DNA of 63,442 nt, filler included, from Welwitschia mirabilis (GCA_051453625.1; 7 parts of one record of this genome joined end to end with filler, not necessarily neighbours in it); one strand, 5' to 3'. Shown: positions 13,246 through 26,805, counted from the first letter of the whole stretch. The notes: a model not told the origin generated them from the sequence alone. Made by a program: numbers and translations.

Positions 13246-13847
13246 CGGGGTTATGGTTGGAGTTGGATGGAGGGGAAGGATGAGAGAAAATGGAGAGAAG
13301 AAAAAAGGGAGAGAGAAGAAAAAGGAAAAGAAGGGATGAAGAAATGAAGGAGAGGTAAGAGGGGGAAGAACTTCTCGAGGCTAAAGGGGGTGCCTTTGTC
13401 TGAGATGAACCCTAAAGCTAGTCTGATGGTTGTAGAAGAAGGCTATTGGAGGTCTTGATCTTCTGTTCATTGCAAAGGGAGATCCGCATCTGAATTTGGT
13501 TCTTGTGAGCTACTATATGTTTTTGTCTTGTGAAAGATGGGGGATGGAGATGGGTTGCACGCCTCAGGCACGGAAGTGAGTGAGATACCATGCCCAAGGC
13601 ATGGAACATGGTGGAATCAGAGGACTAGTGGGAGAAAAGGGGAGGGAAGCAAGAGGAAGGGAGAGGAAAGGGAGAGAAGGGGGTAGAAAAGGATAATGAG
13701 TAGGAGAATGTGGTTGGATGGAGTAAATTTGGTGAAGTGAAATCTTTAGAATAGAGGATGATGGTTGGAGGAGTCTTCCTAATTCTGTGGAGTTAGAAGG
13801 CAAGAGACTAATTGAAAACAGGTCCCTAAGCAGAAGAAGTTGGATCC

Positions 13848-14045
13848 TCTAGCGTTGAGCTAAAGCAGAGGCCAGAGATCAAAGCAAGGAAGGTGGCCTA
13901 GAGGTCTCTCCCATGTTCAAGGTGTGGAATGGCTTGGATTCCACGCCTAGCGTTGAGCTAAAGCAGAGGCCAGAGGTCAAAGCGAGGAAGATGGCCGAGA
14001 GGTCTCTTCCATGTCAAAGGTGTGGAATGGTTTGGATTCCACTCC
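13848..14045 (+). repeat. ~99-bp tandem duplication
   Basis: CTAGCGTTGAGCTAAAGCAGAGGCCAGAG...GGTGTGGAATGG(C/T)TTGGATTCCAC occurs twice. Confidence 0.9.
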
Positions 14046-14906
14046 TAGGGCATGGAATGGGTGGATGGAAGAAGGTAAGGGAAACAAAGGAGGAGGGAAT
14101 GGGGAAGAGCAGATCAGCAGAAGAGAAATGGGGGAAGAAAAGAGGAGAATGGATGGAAAGGATAGAGCTTGAGGAAAAGACGAGGCAAGAAGAGAGAAAG
14201 AGGGGTCAGTTCCTAGAAGTCGGGTTAGGGTCCAACACTTGCCTCCAGCTAGTCATCCATGTGAGGGCATGAAGAAAAGGAGTTACTTCGACATCCATGA
14301 GGGATTAAGGATTAGGTGGTAGGGTCAAAAGATGGGGTTTATTCAACTAAGGATAAGTGGATGACATGACTTTTAAACGGAAGGAATGGATGAGGGGGAA
14401 GTACGCCTCATATGATAAACTAACTAATGTTATTTGTGATGGGTATAATCTCTTTATAGCTTTGTCAGTTTTTGTTAGTCTTTTTCAATCTTTGTCACCT
14501 TTTCATAGTTCCCAAGAAAAGGTACCTCGGAGTTTGTGAATACCCTAAAGCTGCATCTATAAAAAAGGGCCCATACTTCATTTGTTATTGTTCCACTTGA
14601 TGGAAACTTAAGTTTGAAACGAATTCGAGCATGCGTTTCCTTAGAACTTAGCAATGGCAAGTCTTCCAAGTTGGCTTTCCGCGAAAGGGGGATCTTCCTT
14701 AAAGACTACAAAAGTTATGGTAGCTTCCCTCCTCTTGCTATTGCTAAATTCTTAGTTCCCTTTCTTTGCTTTTGGTTGTAGCTCTCCTTTCTTTCTCATT
14801 TTATCTCTTCCTACATTAGAGTAGAGATCTTTTTAATGGAATCATGTTGTTCCTCAGTGCCGATTGACATAACACCCATATTGTTCACCTGTGTCATTGG
14901 GCCATA

Positions 14907-15212
14907 ATGAATTATGGTACAATTGACTACTACTCTCTTTTTGCCCCGATCAAAGATGATGCTGTGCTGGAACTCAACTACAAACAATCTAGTTTGTATG
15001 AGCTTATTTATTTTCCTGTCTTTAAGACCTTTCCTGACCAAATAGAAGCACCATCTTCAATTGGGACCCAATCCTTAGGAAAAGCTGGTTTCACTCTAAC
15101 CCAAAAGAACCTCCCTTCATTCATTTTCACATTCCTATATCTACTAATGATATCGGATAGATATTCAATCTCACATCTAGAGAACATGTCGACACTCGTT
15201 CCCTTTGTCTGA
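14907..15212 (+). pseudogene. Second N-terminal copy of accessory ORF 'X'
   Basis: MNYGTIDYYSLFAPIKDDAVLELNYKQSSLYELIYFPVF is homologous to the 2756 ORF. Confidence 0.5.
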
Positions 15213-15328
15213 TCGTAAACAAGAATCCTCGGTCTCTTCTAAAGAAGTGGAGGTTAATTGAGGTGGCTGTTGGGGCCCTCAAAANNNNNNNNNNNNNNNN
15301 NNNNNNNNNNNNNNNNNNNNNNNNNNNN

Positions 15329-15340
15329 TTAATTAATTAA
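15329..15340. other. Artificial scaffold linker TTAATTAATTAA (also 19059, 28848, 47073, 56863, 59371)
   Basis: Identical 12-mer, giving stops in all six frames, centred in N runs. Confidence 0.95.
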
Positions 15341-15384
15341 NNNNNNNNNNNNNNNNNNNNNNNNNNNNNNNNNNNNNNNNNNNN

Positions 15385-15457
<73 letters not shown>
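15385..15457. repeat. (CT)n microsatellite at a contig edge
   Basis: Direct observation. Confidence 0.98.
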
Positions 15458-15460
<3 letters not shown>

Positions 15461-16348
15461 AATAAAACAACATTTCAAATGACCAAACAGTCTAAAAGAC
15501 AAAGGTAAAAGTTGTAAGATTAAGATAGAAAAGAGCACTTTAAACAATTTAAAATATTTTCACCCTTGAAAAAAACATAAAAAATAAAACATCTTCCTTT
15601 AAATTGAAGTTCATGGACTTGTGAATGTCTTAATATTAGATGAATTTAATATTACCACTAAAATGCTAAAGTAAAAATTCTAATCATAGAAATAAATACA
15701 TAAATCATGTTTGAAAGATGATTAAGTAATGCCATAATAATCTTTTAAAGGAAAAAGCTAAGAGAAAATTTAGACATTGCCCTTGTAATTTTGAATTTTT
15801 CCCTTTGACTTTCTAAAATTCCTAAGTAGTCAAGTCATAAAACTCAATAGTGTTATGAGAATGTATTTTCTTAAAATAACAGAAAATAAAAATAAACATT
15901 TTATTTATTGTTGTTCTGCTTATCATTTAGATGACAAAGAGTATGACAAAATATAAAGAAATAGAAAAATATCATAAAGAATAGAATATTATAAAAATGC
16001 TAGAAATATTAACATAACTGATTATCGTCCATCTTTTCATGGGGATGATAGAGGAGATGACAGATTATTATTGTAGAAAACAGAAAATAAAAACTGTAAA
16101 TAGAAATATAACCTGAAAATAGAATATGAAAATAGAGATGATTAGAATAGAAAACAAAAAAAAAACTAACAAGGCAAGCAAATTTCATTCAATTCTTAAA
16201 TCTAAATCACACTTTTATTGAAAAGAAAAAACAAGGAAAAGTCAAGGATCTATTTAGTCTCAAGATTTTCAAACAAATAAGGTCCAAACCAAAAATTTAC
16301 TAATTGATAAGACATAAGAGATGTGTAATTATTTCCAAGTAAAATCAA

Positions 16349-19014
16349 TTAGATGAAGAGAGGAGTAATGGAGAGCAATCTATGATACCACATTAAAGCA
16401 TAAATTTTGGAAGTCAGAGGGGAGAGAAATGGTAAATCTGATAAAAGATTTTTATTGAATGCAAGGGTTTTATTTTGATCATCATGAAGAAAATGATATT
16501 TAAGTTCATTAAAATAATTTTTATCATCCAAACTTAAATTATGATTTTCAATTGGTTCATGTAATGGACAATCTCCCTCAAGATATAAATAAAAAAGTTG
16601 GACTTCTTTACACTCTAAAGGTTCTTTCTCATTCTCAAGATTACGTGTATCAATGGTTTATTCAATCTTAAGTTGGTTATCATAAAGCTCATGCTCATTT
16701 GATTTTGTATCTCTTTTTTCAAGTGGGTGATGTTATAAGAATAAAGTTGGTTTGATATTTCTTTCAATGTTTATTTCATAATCACCTAAATCTTTCTCAA
16801 CTATATTAAAGACTCTAATTTAAAATGTTCTATTTCTAAAGTAACATTTCATTGTTCCTGCTTTTGTATCAATGATGCAATGAACTATTGCATAAAAGGC
16901 TCTACTTAGAAGTAAAGGGTATCCTCTATTATGCTTAACTTCCATGATGATCACATCTATGGGGTAGCAAGCCTCTTCTATTTGAATTGCCAAATCTTTA
17001 ATGATGCCTAATGGTTTCTTAACTAATGTATCTACTAATTCTAAGACAACTAGAGTAGGTTCTATTCTATCCTTCAAACCAAATATCTTATGAATGTAAA
17101 GTGACATAATGTTAACACTCACTTCAATGTCTATTAAGCCTTTTCTAATCTTTTTCTTTTCCTCTAAAGTAACATTTACTATTGCTACTCCTGGATCTTT
17201 AAATTTGGGTGATTTTGTAAAACTAAGTTCATGAGGGATTGGGCTAGAAAGACTTTGCTAGGGATAACTTGTTTTTGTTTTTTCCTTATTAGGTCCTTTC
17301 ATGATTTTGAGGACCCTATGTTTTCTTGTAAAACTTTCTAGAAGGGTAATTTATGCTCACATTTTTTACCAAGGTTTTTAAATGATCATTGAAAGTTGAA
17401 TTATTGTTATGCATATCCATCTAAGGGGTGATTTGTTGAGAAGGATTTTCTTTTTTCTTTTTTCTAAGAGAATGGAAGTTGTAATATTCTAATATTTCAA
17501 TGTTCTTTTTCTCTTTTTCTTCATCATTTCTAAAGTTATTTTGAGATGTGGAAGGTTCATTTGGAGGAGGATTTGTTTCTTATCCACTTCTTAGCACAAC
17601 CATATAATCTTTTCTTAGTTCATTTAGGTTTATTAAAGGTTGTATTATCAAAGTTCCTTGAGGTCTTTGATTTTCTAGGATTATTTATTGAAAGATGTTC
17701 ACCATGTTTTCTATGTTGGCATTTGTTCTTCTAAGATCATCCATAAGGTTTATTAGTTGATCATTTGGATGTTAAAAGTTTTATGGTTCTAATAAGTAGT
17801 TTGTGTTTTTAAATCTATTTCTAAAAGGTTGAAAATTATTTTGAAAATGAGTGTTCAACCTTGGTTGTGCCTAATTTTGATTTCAGAAATTTTAAAATGA
17901 TTAGTTGAAAGCACAAACTTCTTTTCGAAATTCTTTCTTTATATGTTGGAAAAAGAAGATAGTTTTTAGTGACATGATAATTATTCTCACATAAATCATA
18001 GGTTTGCATAACATTTCTTTTTATTGCTGTTTTGGCATCTAAGATCATTTCTGCATACTTCTCCAAGGTTTTTATAAATTCTCTTATGGAATCTGTAGGA
18101 TTGGATTCTACATCTTTTTGTTGTTTAACCTCTTTTAAGTCTTTGATAAGTTGGCTTACAGTTGAATTTTCTTTAAGAGTTTACCAAGTTTAACTTACTT
18201 CCACAAGATTTTTTAATTTTATCAAGGCATCACCTAGTGTAAGGTTCATAAGGTTTCCTCCACAAGAAAAATGTACAAGTTGTTTTGTGTGTGGAATTAG
18301 TCCACTATAAAAGTAATCTATTAGTTCTATTGGTGAAAAAGCATCTAGTGGATTAGAATGGTAGGCTACAAAGAAACACTTATATGTAGAGGTATAATTT
18401 TCATTTGGTTTTTATTAAAAGTTTGTTACCTATTTTTTTTCTTTTTCTTATGGTTTCTTCACTCATGAATCTCTTTACAAAGGTTTCTTTGACTTGATTC
18501 CATGTTTTTAAGCTTTTGTGAGGTATGATTTTTAGCCAATTTTTTACTCTGTCCTTTAATATCATGTGAAAGATTACCATATATATTCTATTATTTTTTT
18601 TTTCATTTTCTGAGGTGATGATTAGTTGTTCAATGTCTGCAATGTGTTGAATGAGATCCTCAATATCTTCTTCACTAAAAGTTGGGTAGGAATGTAAATT
18701 TTTAATCTCAATATTATCTCTTAGGAATAGGTCAAAAGGGGTTGTAATTTATCCTTTTTTAGTAGCTAACAATTCTCTAAGAATGAGGTTTGCATTAGGG
18801 GTAGAAGATATTACAACTTGTTTTTACTTATGGGCAGCACTTGATATTGTAAATTAGTTCTCTCTTTTTATAAGGTTTTCGTTAAGAAAAGCTGACTCGA
18901 AAAAAAAAAAAACTTAGAAGGAGGTTTGAGTGCATCTAGAGACTACCTTTTTTTTTCATTTTTAATATTCACTAGTCCTTCTCTAATGTTCTTTTCTATT
19001 AGCGGCCTTTCTTT
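16349..19014 (-). pseudogene. gag-pro: Athila-like gypsy gag plus aspartic protease, degenerate; no RT follows
   Basis: Gag FYSGLIPHTKQLVHFSCGGNLMNLTLGDA (~18230-18310); protease KSPKFKDPG...LIDIEVSVNIMS...LELVDTLVKKPLGIIKDLAIQIEEACYPIDVIIM...PLLLSRAF (16820-17220). Confidence 0.85.
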
Positions 19015-19114
19015 NNNNNNNNNNNNNNNNNNNNNNNNNNNNNNNNNNNNNNNNNNNNTTAATTAATTAANNNNNNNNNNNNNNNNNNNNNNNNNNNNNN
19101 NNNNNNNNNNNNNN

Positions 19115-20860
19115 CATGATATAAAAGATTTGAAATGTAAATTGCATTTAAATCTTGGTATTGAACATAGGAGGTGTAAAAAGATATTAAAAGATCTATG
19201 AAAAACTTCTTAGGGTGAGAGATTAGGATAGGCTTTATGTACCTAAAAATATCTTTAACTTTTAGTTTCAAACATGGATTGGAATCAAGAAGATAGGATT
19301 TCCCCCTAAAATTTATGAAAAGAATGATTAAGAGAAGCACATGATAAAGTTATCTTTGCAAATGAGGAAAGGATATTACTTTTTTCATATGAACTTATCA
19401 AAGGAAGAGGTTGGAAGATTTTTAAACTCAAGCCCTTAATATGATGTGGTTCATTACTATCAAGGACAAGAATGTGATTTGAAGAGGTACTTGTTTGAAT
19501 ACTTTCTTCATTGATTATATCTCCCTCTTCTTGATCATTATTATTTTCCAAGTTGATGGATTCCTTAAAAATATCATTAGAAAACTCATAGAAAGAAAAG
19601 CTTTCATTATTTGATGAAAGATATTCTAATGTTTCTTAACTTGATTCCTCTTTCTCTCTAAATAACTCCATTAATTCTAAGCTGTATTTCTCATTTGACT
19701 TGAGTTAATCATTTTCTATTGATTCTATTTCAATTCTTATCTCCATTAGTTTCAAAAGTTATATCTCATATATTGGTGGAACTCCTTCATCCTTGTAAAA
19801 CATGTGAAAGTTTGGGATGTGATCTAAAATTTCAACTCCATCTTCTTCTTCTTCTTCTTCTTCTTCTTCACTATTCTCATTATCTTGTTGCATGTTGTTG
19901 CTTTCAGTAGAAGGGGAAATGTGATCATTATTTCTATCATATATTTGCTCATGAATGCACTCTTCATTTAATGAATGATTTTCAAATACATTAACATCAT
20001 CATCTAAATAGCTATCCTCATCTTTATTATTAAAAGATATAGTCAAGTTGTCATTCTATCTCTTTTGCTTATCTCTTAATGGGTAAAATGATGAGGTTTG
20101 ATTTAAAATTTTATTCTCAACTTGAAAGAAAGAATTATAATAATTCATTCCTAAATTATTTTCATTTTCCTCAAGGTAATATGAATCACGATAGTTTTGA
20201 GGATTTTTCATTTGAATAAAAGTAACCAAATTTTCTATAAGTTTATTGATATTTTCATGGTGCTTTTTTATTGTGTTTATCAATTCTCCTATTGGATCAT
20301 TTTTTACTTCATAGTAATTCATGGGAGATGGATGGGTTGGGTAAAAATTATTGGATGAGGTTGAATCCCTAAGATTTTCTTCATTAGTTCTATATAGATT
20401 TTGAAAAGAAAAGGGAGAATAATAAGGTGGTTGAAAAGAGGAATGGGTCCTATCCCTACTCTCAACATGTTTTTGTGATGGCCTCCCTTTTTATGTAAAA
20501 GGCTCTCTAATTGTTTTCTTACATCCTCTTTGGATTCTTTTCTTCTTTTCTCAGCAAGAAGTTCTCCAACTATTTTATTACTATTATCCTCAGGTTTGTT
20601 TTTATACTTTTCAATAAGACTTTTTATACAAGTGATTCTATCACTATTCATTTTTTAAAGGAATGGGAGAAAGAGAATCTTTAGTTTAAGATGAAGGTAC
20701 GTGCTTAAAGATGATTGAGTTTTAAAGTTTTATAAATAAAATGAGCTCAAAATAATATATACACCTAGATTTTGTATTTTTATCCTTCTTTAATACTTTC
20801 TTCTATCAGCAGCTCTTTTTTCCTCCTCTGATAAGCCTTTTTCTAGACTGACCACATCAT
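19115..20860 (-). pseudogene. Degenerate N/E/D-rich ORF in the gag position of an Athila-like non-autonomous element
   Basis: Chain of minus-strand ORF pieces (20319-20651, 20056-20322, 19759-20046, 19306-19551) downstream of an Asp PBS; the KSYLLDSNPCLKL segment is homologous to ~58760-58810. Confidence 0.5.
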
Positions 20861-21228
20861 AGTTCTTACAAGTAGAAAATAATAGAAAACAAATAAAAAA
20901 CAACATTATCATCCTATTTATTATGGAGATGATAGAGGTGATGACATCACAAAAAACTAGAAATAGAAACAGAACCAAAATGAAAAATAGAAAGCAAAAA
21001 AGTCAGAAATAGGACTGTCATCCTCCTGATCATCTGGACATCACAGGAGATGACAGAAACCAATTTATTTCAAGAAAATCGAAATCTAAAAATAAAACCA
21101 AAACTAAAAAACTGCACATAAAAAACCTATAGCTCCTAATAAAATACAATATCACATAGGAAAATAACCAAACAGAAGTTTGATATACTCACCCGAATGA
21201 CGACATCCCTTGTACTCCTTAATAGACT

Positions 21229-21246
21229 TCCCTGGAAATGGCACCA
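21229..21246 (-). promoter_or_regulatory. Primer-binding site, tRNA-Asp type (Athila)
   Basis: TGGTGCCATTTCCAGGGA vs Athila consensus TGGCGCCGTTGCCGGGGA, 3 nt from the LTR end. Confidence 0.75.
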
Positions 21247-21249
21247 AGA

Positions 21250-23130
21250 TGTTACAATGTGTACTTGTGCAAGTTTTTACATTTAAAGAGATCTTATCAT
21301 TTATAATCAAAATAGATATCTTACATAATACATCATACTAGTATAGTGGGAGTAGACTTGAAATGTCGTACCTCATTAAAGTCTATGAGATGAGACTCAG
21401 GTTACTTTGCAAATGAAACTAGGAACCAAAAATAAATGATAATGTAAGAAATAAAAATATAATGAAAAATTTAATATGCAATCTAAACTAACATGCAATG
21501 CTAAAATAACCCTAACTCTACTTGCTTTCAGTCTTAATAAACTCTACTCTTAATGATCTATGTCATCCAAGAAATTGTCACTAGATCAAGGGCAATCATA
21601 AACCATAACAGTAATGAAAAAACCTAAGATTTAAATATTAAAAGAAAATCAAGTTTTATATTAAAAGAGTAACAACAACTAGGTTACAAAATAGCTGGGT
21701 TTCAATGGAGGATACTTAGCACTCCACCAAATGCACATCTTTCTGCAACACATGCAGATGGATTTTCTGCCCTTTAACCTCCTATCACGAGGATTTCTAA
21801 TGCAATAAATATAAGAAGAAGAGTCAAAAGGGGGTTTTATTTATAACAACTCATAGTAAAAAATGACAAACAATAGGTGTGGTTAGGTGCGCTCATAAAT
21901 GAAATAGACAAAATGATCAAAGGTCGCTGTTAGAGTTAGTTACATGTTAGTGTTGTCCAGAGTATCATCTGAAGGACAAGAGGGATGATAGAACATTATA
22001 AAATATGACTTAGACTGATGAATCCTCAGTGATTCCACATCAGCAGTTATCATCCTGCCTGTCATGAGGACGAAGGAGGGGATAATAGTTTTCTTTAATT
22101 ATTTCCTTAAAAAGAACTTAGAATTTTTGTTAACAATCCTTCTTCAAAGCTCTGTGCATCAAAAAGTTTCTTTAATACATCAAATTTGGATAAAAATCAT
22201 ACTTTTCCAAGGTTTCCTCTTGTATCTTCAAAATCCTCAGAATTGCACCTAAACCTGTATAGAAGTCTTATAAAACAACTGATAATACCCTATCAAATAA
22301 CTATAAATTAGCAATACAACACTACCCTTTATAATCTTATCACCTATAAAATTGTCACCAGATCAAGGGCAATATAGAATATAAGGGTCATCAAAAAAAC
22401 TAACATGCAAATATGAAAACAAAATAAAACAAGATTTTTATATTAAAAAGTAACAAGCATCTTGGTTACAAAATAGTCAGGCCTCAATGGAGGATACACG
22501 GCCCTCCACCCAAGTGCACATCTTTCTACAATGCTAAAGATGGATCTCTCACCCTTAGATCTCCTATCATGAGAATCTTTAGTGTAACAAAGATGAGAAG
22601 GAGAGTCGAAGGGGGACTTATTTATAGGAAAATACAACAGAAAATGACAAATGGTAGGTGTGAAAAGGTACACTTATTTAAAACTTAAAAATATACAAAA
22701 CGATTATGGGTCATTGTCAGAGTTAGTTACATGTTAATGTCATCCAGACGAGGATGATAACACATTACAGAATATAACTCAGAATGATGACTTAGTAGTG
22801 ATTCAGCAGTTCACATCAGCAGTTGTTGTTTTGCCTGTCATGGGGATGACAGAAGAGATGACAGTCTTCTTTGATTATTTTCTTAAAGATAACTTAGAAT
22901 TTATGTCAATAATTCTTTTTTAAAGCTCTGTGCATAAAAAAGTTTCTTTAATACATCAAATTTGGATAAGAATTACACATTTTAAAGGTTTCTTCTTATA
23001 TCTCCAAAATCCTCAGAATTGCACCTAAATCTGTATCAAAATCCTATCAAACAACTCATAAAACCCCATCAAATAGCCAAAAATTAGTGGTGTAATAGTA
23101 CCTCATAGCTACTTCTTTTATAACATATCA
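21250..23130 (-). mobile_element. Athila-like 5' LTR (21250-22342) plus tandem partial duplicate (22348-23130)
   Basis: TGTTAC...CTTATCA; 21571-22342 realigns with 22348-23130 (AAATTGTCAC(T/C)AGATCAAGGGCAAT ... TATCA). Confidence 0.75.
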
Positions 23131-23227
23131 TATTGAATCTACTAATATATAAATACAAATTGTATAAAGTGCTAAAGAATTAGCACATGTGCAACTAATT
23201 AAGTTACTAGTCTTAATAAGACTTAGT

Positions 23228-24421
23228 TATTAAGTTATAATTTTGCCAAGTTGATGTCAAATTAACATTTTTTAGTATAGTAAAATATGTTATATTCCTT
23301 ATAGAAAATATTAATCCTTGCAAGTCAGAAGTAATAAACATTTTTCACTATCTATGTCTAAATCTAATGAGTTATAGACCTTCAAAGGGGTTAGCCGAAT
23401 TTATAAAGGGTCGATCAAACTTGTACTAAAAAGTGTTAAAATTAGATTACTGAGGGGTTAACTGGGTTCTTAAGGGACTGAAGAGACCTGAACAATGATT
23501 TATCAAATCTTTTTATTAAGGGATCAACCAAATGTTTTAGGGGTCGACTAGACCTAGGATAAAAAATGTGTTCAACTATTTTTCACATGGGATTGACTAG
23601 CTCAAAATGAAGAGGACCAGACCTAGAATTACATGATTAACCAGATCCCTGATGAAGTTAACTAGACTTGAAAACATGAAAAATTAAGTTAATCAAAAGA
23701 AGATGAAGTTAACCAACTTTAGTGACAACATTCAATGGAGTCAACTGGACATTTTAAGAGGTCAATTAGTTATGACAAAGACAGAATTTTTCTAGTCATT
23801 TCCTTTCTATTTTTATTTATTAGAGTATTAGATCTACTTGTAAAACCCTAAAATGTATCTCCTATATAAACCTAAGTTGTTAAAATTATGGGGATTCTTT
23901 CACATGACTAAAAATTAAAAAAGAATTTATTGATTATCAGTACTTTGGTTAATCCATTTGCACTATATGTACTTAGATTTTTAATATCATTTTTAAATAG
24001 TATAGTACTATCATTGTTGTGCTTTAGATCTGATAAATCCTATGCATCGTGACATACTATTAACATGAAAAAAGACTTTCTCTAAAGGCTGAGATTAAGA
24101 CTTTAAAAGTCCAATTTAAAAGGTTATAAGTGAACTTGAGATACCTATAAAGTAAGCAACAAGAATCCAAACCAGTCTCGCGTAGAAGATGATTATCAAG
24201 AATGGAGTAGGGAATTTCTTGAACTACTATAAATCATGTGTCTATCATTCTCCATTAGTATTTTTTGATTTCAGTTATTTATCTTTTAGATATTTTTGTT
24301 ATTTCATATGCATAAATATTTTTTAGTATTTAATACTTTATGGAGATAGCTTTTTCAATCTATTTTTTAAATCCTTTTCAACACCTCTCCCCACCAAATG
24401 TTTAGGGTTCTAGATCTAATA
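23228..24421 (+). mobile_element. Copia/Sirevirus-like solo LTR, related to 53102-54461
   Basis: 23240-23340 is the reverse complement of 54350-54445; GTCGAC/GTTAAC-type motifs; CCTATATAAA at 23860; degenerate TA...TA termini; no TSD. Confidence 0.7.
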
Positions 24422-26627
24422 CATTTGATTCTTTCATTTCATACTTGATAGCTAGAATGATATTTTCAAAAATTAAAAGGTCAATGAGTTAATAGTAGAA
24501 CTCCCAGATGGTAGTCAAAACAAAATAATTAAAGAAATACCTATGTATACATTACATGTTGAATGCTATCAATGTAATGCACAATTATGAGTATTATAGT
24601 TAGGCTATTTTGATATTATTTTAGGAATGATTAGTTTAAAAAAAGAAAGCTCAAATAGATTACTAATATAGAAAGGTTACAGTATTAGATTTAAAATGGG
24701 AAAACGTATGTTTGCTATTATATCAGGACCAATACCAGAAAAACTAATTAGGGTAAGAAAATAAAAAACAAAATTAGATATAGAAAAGTATTTACAATTA
24801 TTAAATTTTATTTCTCTCTTAAATATAAATCAAATATGTTAAATATTCTAATAGTGCAAGAATAGTTAGATGTCTTTTTGGATGAGTTACCAAGATATCC
24901 TCTAACAAGAGTAGAATATTTTGAAACAACTATTAAATAAGGAATCATGAAGGCACCATATAGAATACCTCCTGTGGAGTTGGTAGAACTAAAAACTCAG
25001 CTAATGATACTTTTATATAAAGGATTGATTAGGTCAAGTATTTCACTATGGAATGAACTAGTATTATTTGTCAAAAATAAGGATGAATAATTAAGGATAT
25101 GTGTGGATTATAGAATGCTAAATAGAGTAACAATTAAAAATAGTTATCCATTACCTAGACTAGATTATTTATTTAATCAACTAAAGTTTATCATTTTTTC
25201 TTAAAAATTAATCTTAAATTAGGATATTAACAACTTAGAATTAAAAAAGAATATATTTTCAAAGCAATACTTTGTACTAGGAATGAACATTATGAATATT
25301 GGGTAGTATTAGTTAGATTTACCAATACACTAGATATATTTTTGACAATGAATAAAATCTTTCAATCGTATCTAGATGAATTTGTAGTAGTATTTATTAA
25401 TGATGTTTTGATGTATTTATCAACTAAGGAGGATTATGAAGAACATCTAGGAATATTATTAAGATACTTTAAGAAGAAAACAATTTTATATTAGCCTTGA
25501 AAAGTGTGAATTTTGATTAATTAAGATCAATGTTTTAGGACATGTAATTTTGGAATAAGAAATTAATGTAGATAGTAATAAAGTATAGGTAGTGGTAAAT
25601 TAGTCTAATCTAAAATTAGTAACTAAGATAAGAAGTTTTCTTATATTAGATACACATTATTGAAGATTTATTCCAAACTTTTCAAAGATTGTAGTTTCCC
25701 TTACATCCTTGTTGAGAAAATATAATCTGTTTAATTGGATAACATGTTGTGATGAAGAACTTGAAAAATTAAAAGAGGCACTTGTATTTACACTTATTTT
25801 AAAAATGTTAGATCCTAGGGAAAGTATACAATCTATACTAATACTTTTGGAAAAGGATTAGGAGCAGTATTAATCTAGGAAGAAAGAGTTATTACTTATG
25901 CATCAAGATAACTAAATAATTGTGAAAGAAATTATTTAGTGCATGATTTTTTAACTAGTTGTTGTAACTCATGCACTTAAAATCTAAAAGCATTATTTAT
26001 ATGGAGAAAAGTTTGAAATTTTGATAGATCATAAAATTATAAAATACATTCACACTCATCCCAACTTGAATTTGAGGTAAATGAGATGGATGAAATTTTT
26101 ACAAGATTATAACTTAATAATAAACTATCATGAAGGAAGGATAAATGTAGCTACTAATGCACTAAGAAGAAGAAGGCATTTTATTAATTATTTAAGTACA
26201 TAAAAAGATTTATATAAATTGATTTTTGATTTATAACAAAATTATCAATTGTGAAAAAAGGTGAAAGAAGAATGAATATATGGATGTGTAGTATCTATTA
26301 ATGAATTTGTTACTTTTTAAGATAAAAATATAGTGCCTAATGAAGAATAGGTAAAGCAAATTATTTTTAAGGAATACCATAGTACACAATATGCTATCCA
26401 CTTAGGCATTTTTAAGATGTATAAAGACATCAAACAACATTTTTTATAGCTAGGAATAAAATCTAAAGTTACCAGATTTATGGGAAATTATATAACCTAT
26501 TAGCTAGTTAAAGCTAAACATCAACATCTAGCTAGAGTTTTGTATCTCATGACATTCCTTAATGGAAATGTAGAGTAGCCAATATGGATTTTATTATAGG
26601 TCTTCACAAGAGATAAAAAGGTTATGA
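24422..26627 (+). pseudogene. pol: Chromovirus-type gypsy pol (PR-RT-RH-INT start), degenerate
   Basis: [79 protein letters not shown]; collinear with 36850-39090. Confidence 0.92.
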
Positions 26628-26805
26628 GAATTAATTGAACTTATAGGAAAAGTTAAATGAGTTCCACTAATAGAATTTAAACCTATAATAAACTAGAAAT
26701 GTATAATAAAAATAACTTATCAAATATTATGGTTTTCTAATCTAGGTACATTCACACATAGAGGGTAGCTTTCACTCACACCTCTAGATATTCTTAACCT
26801 ATAAG

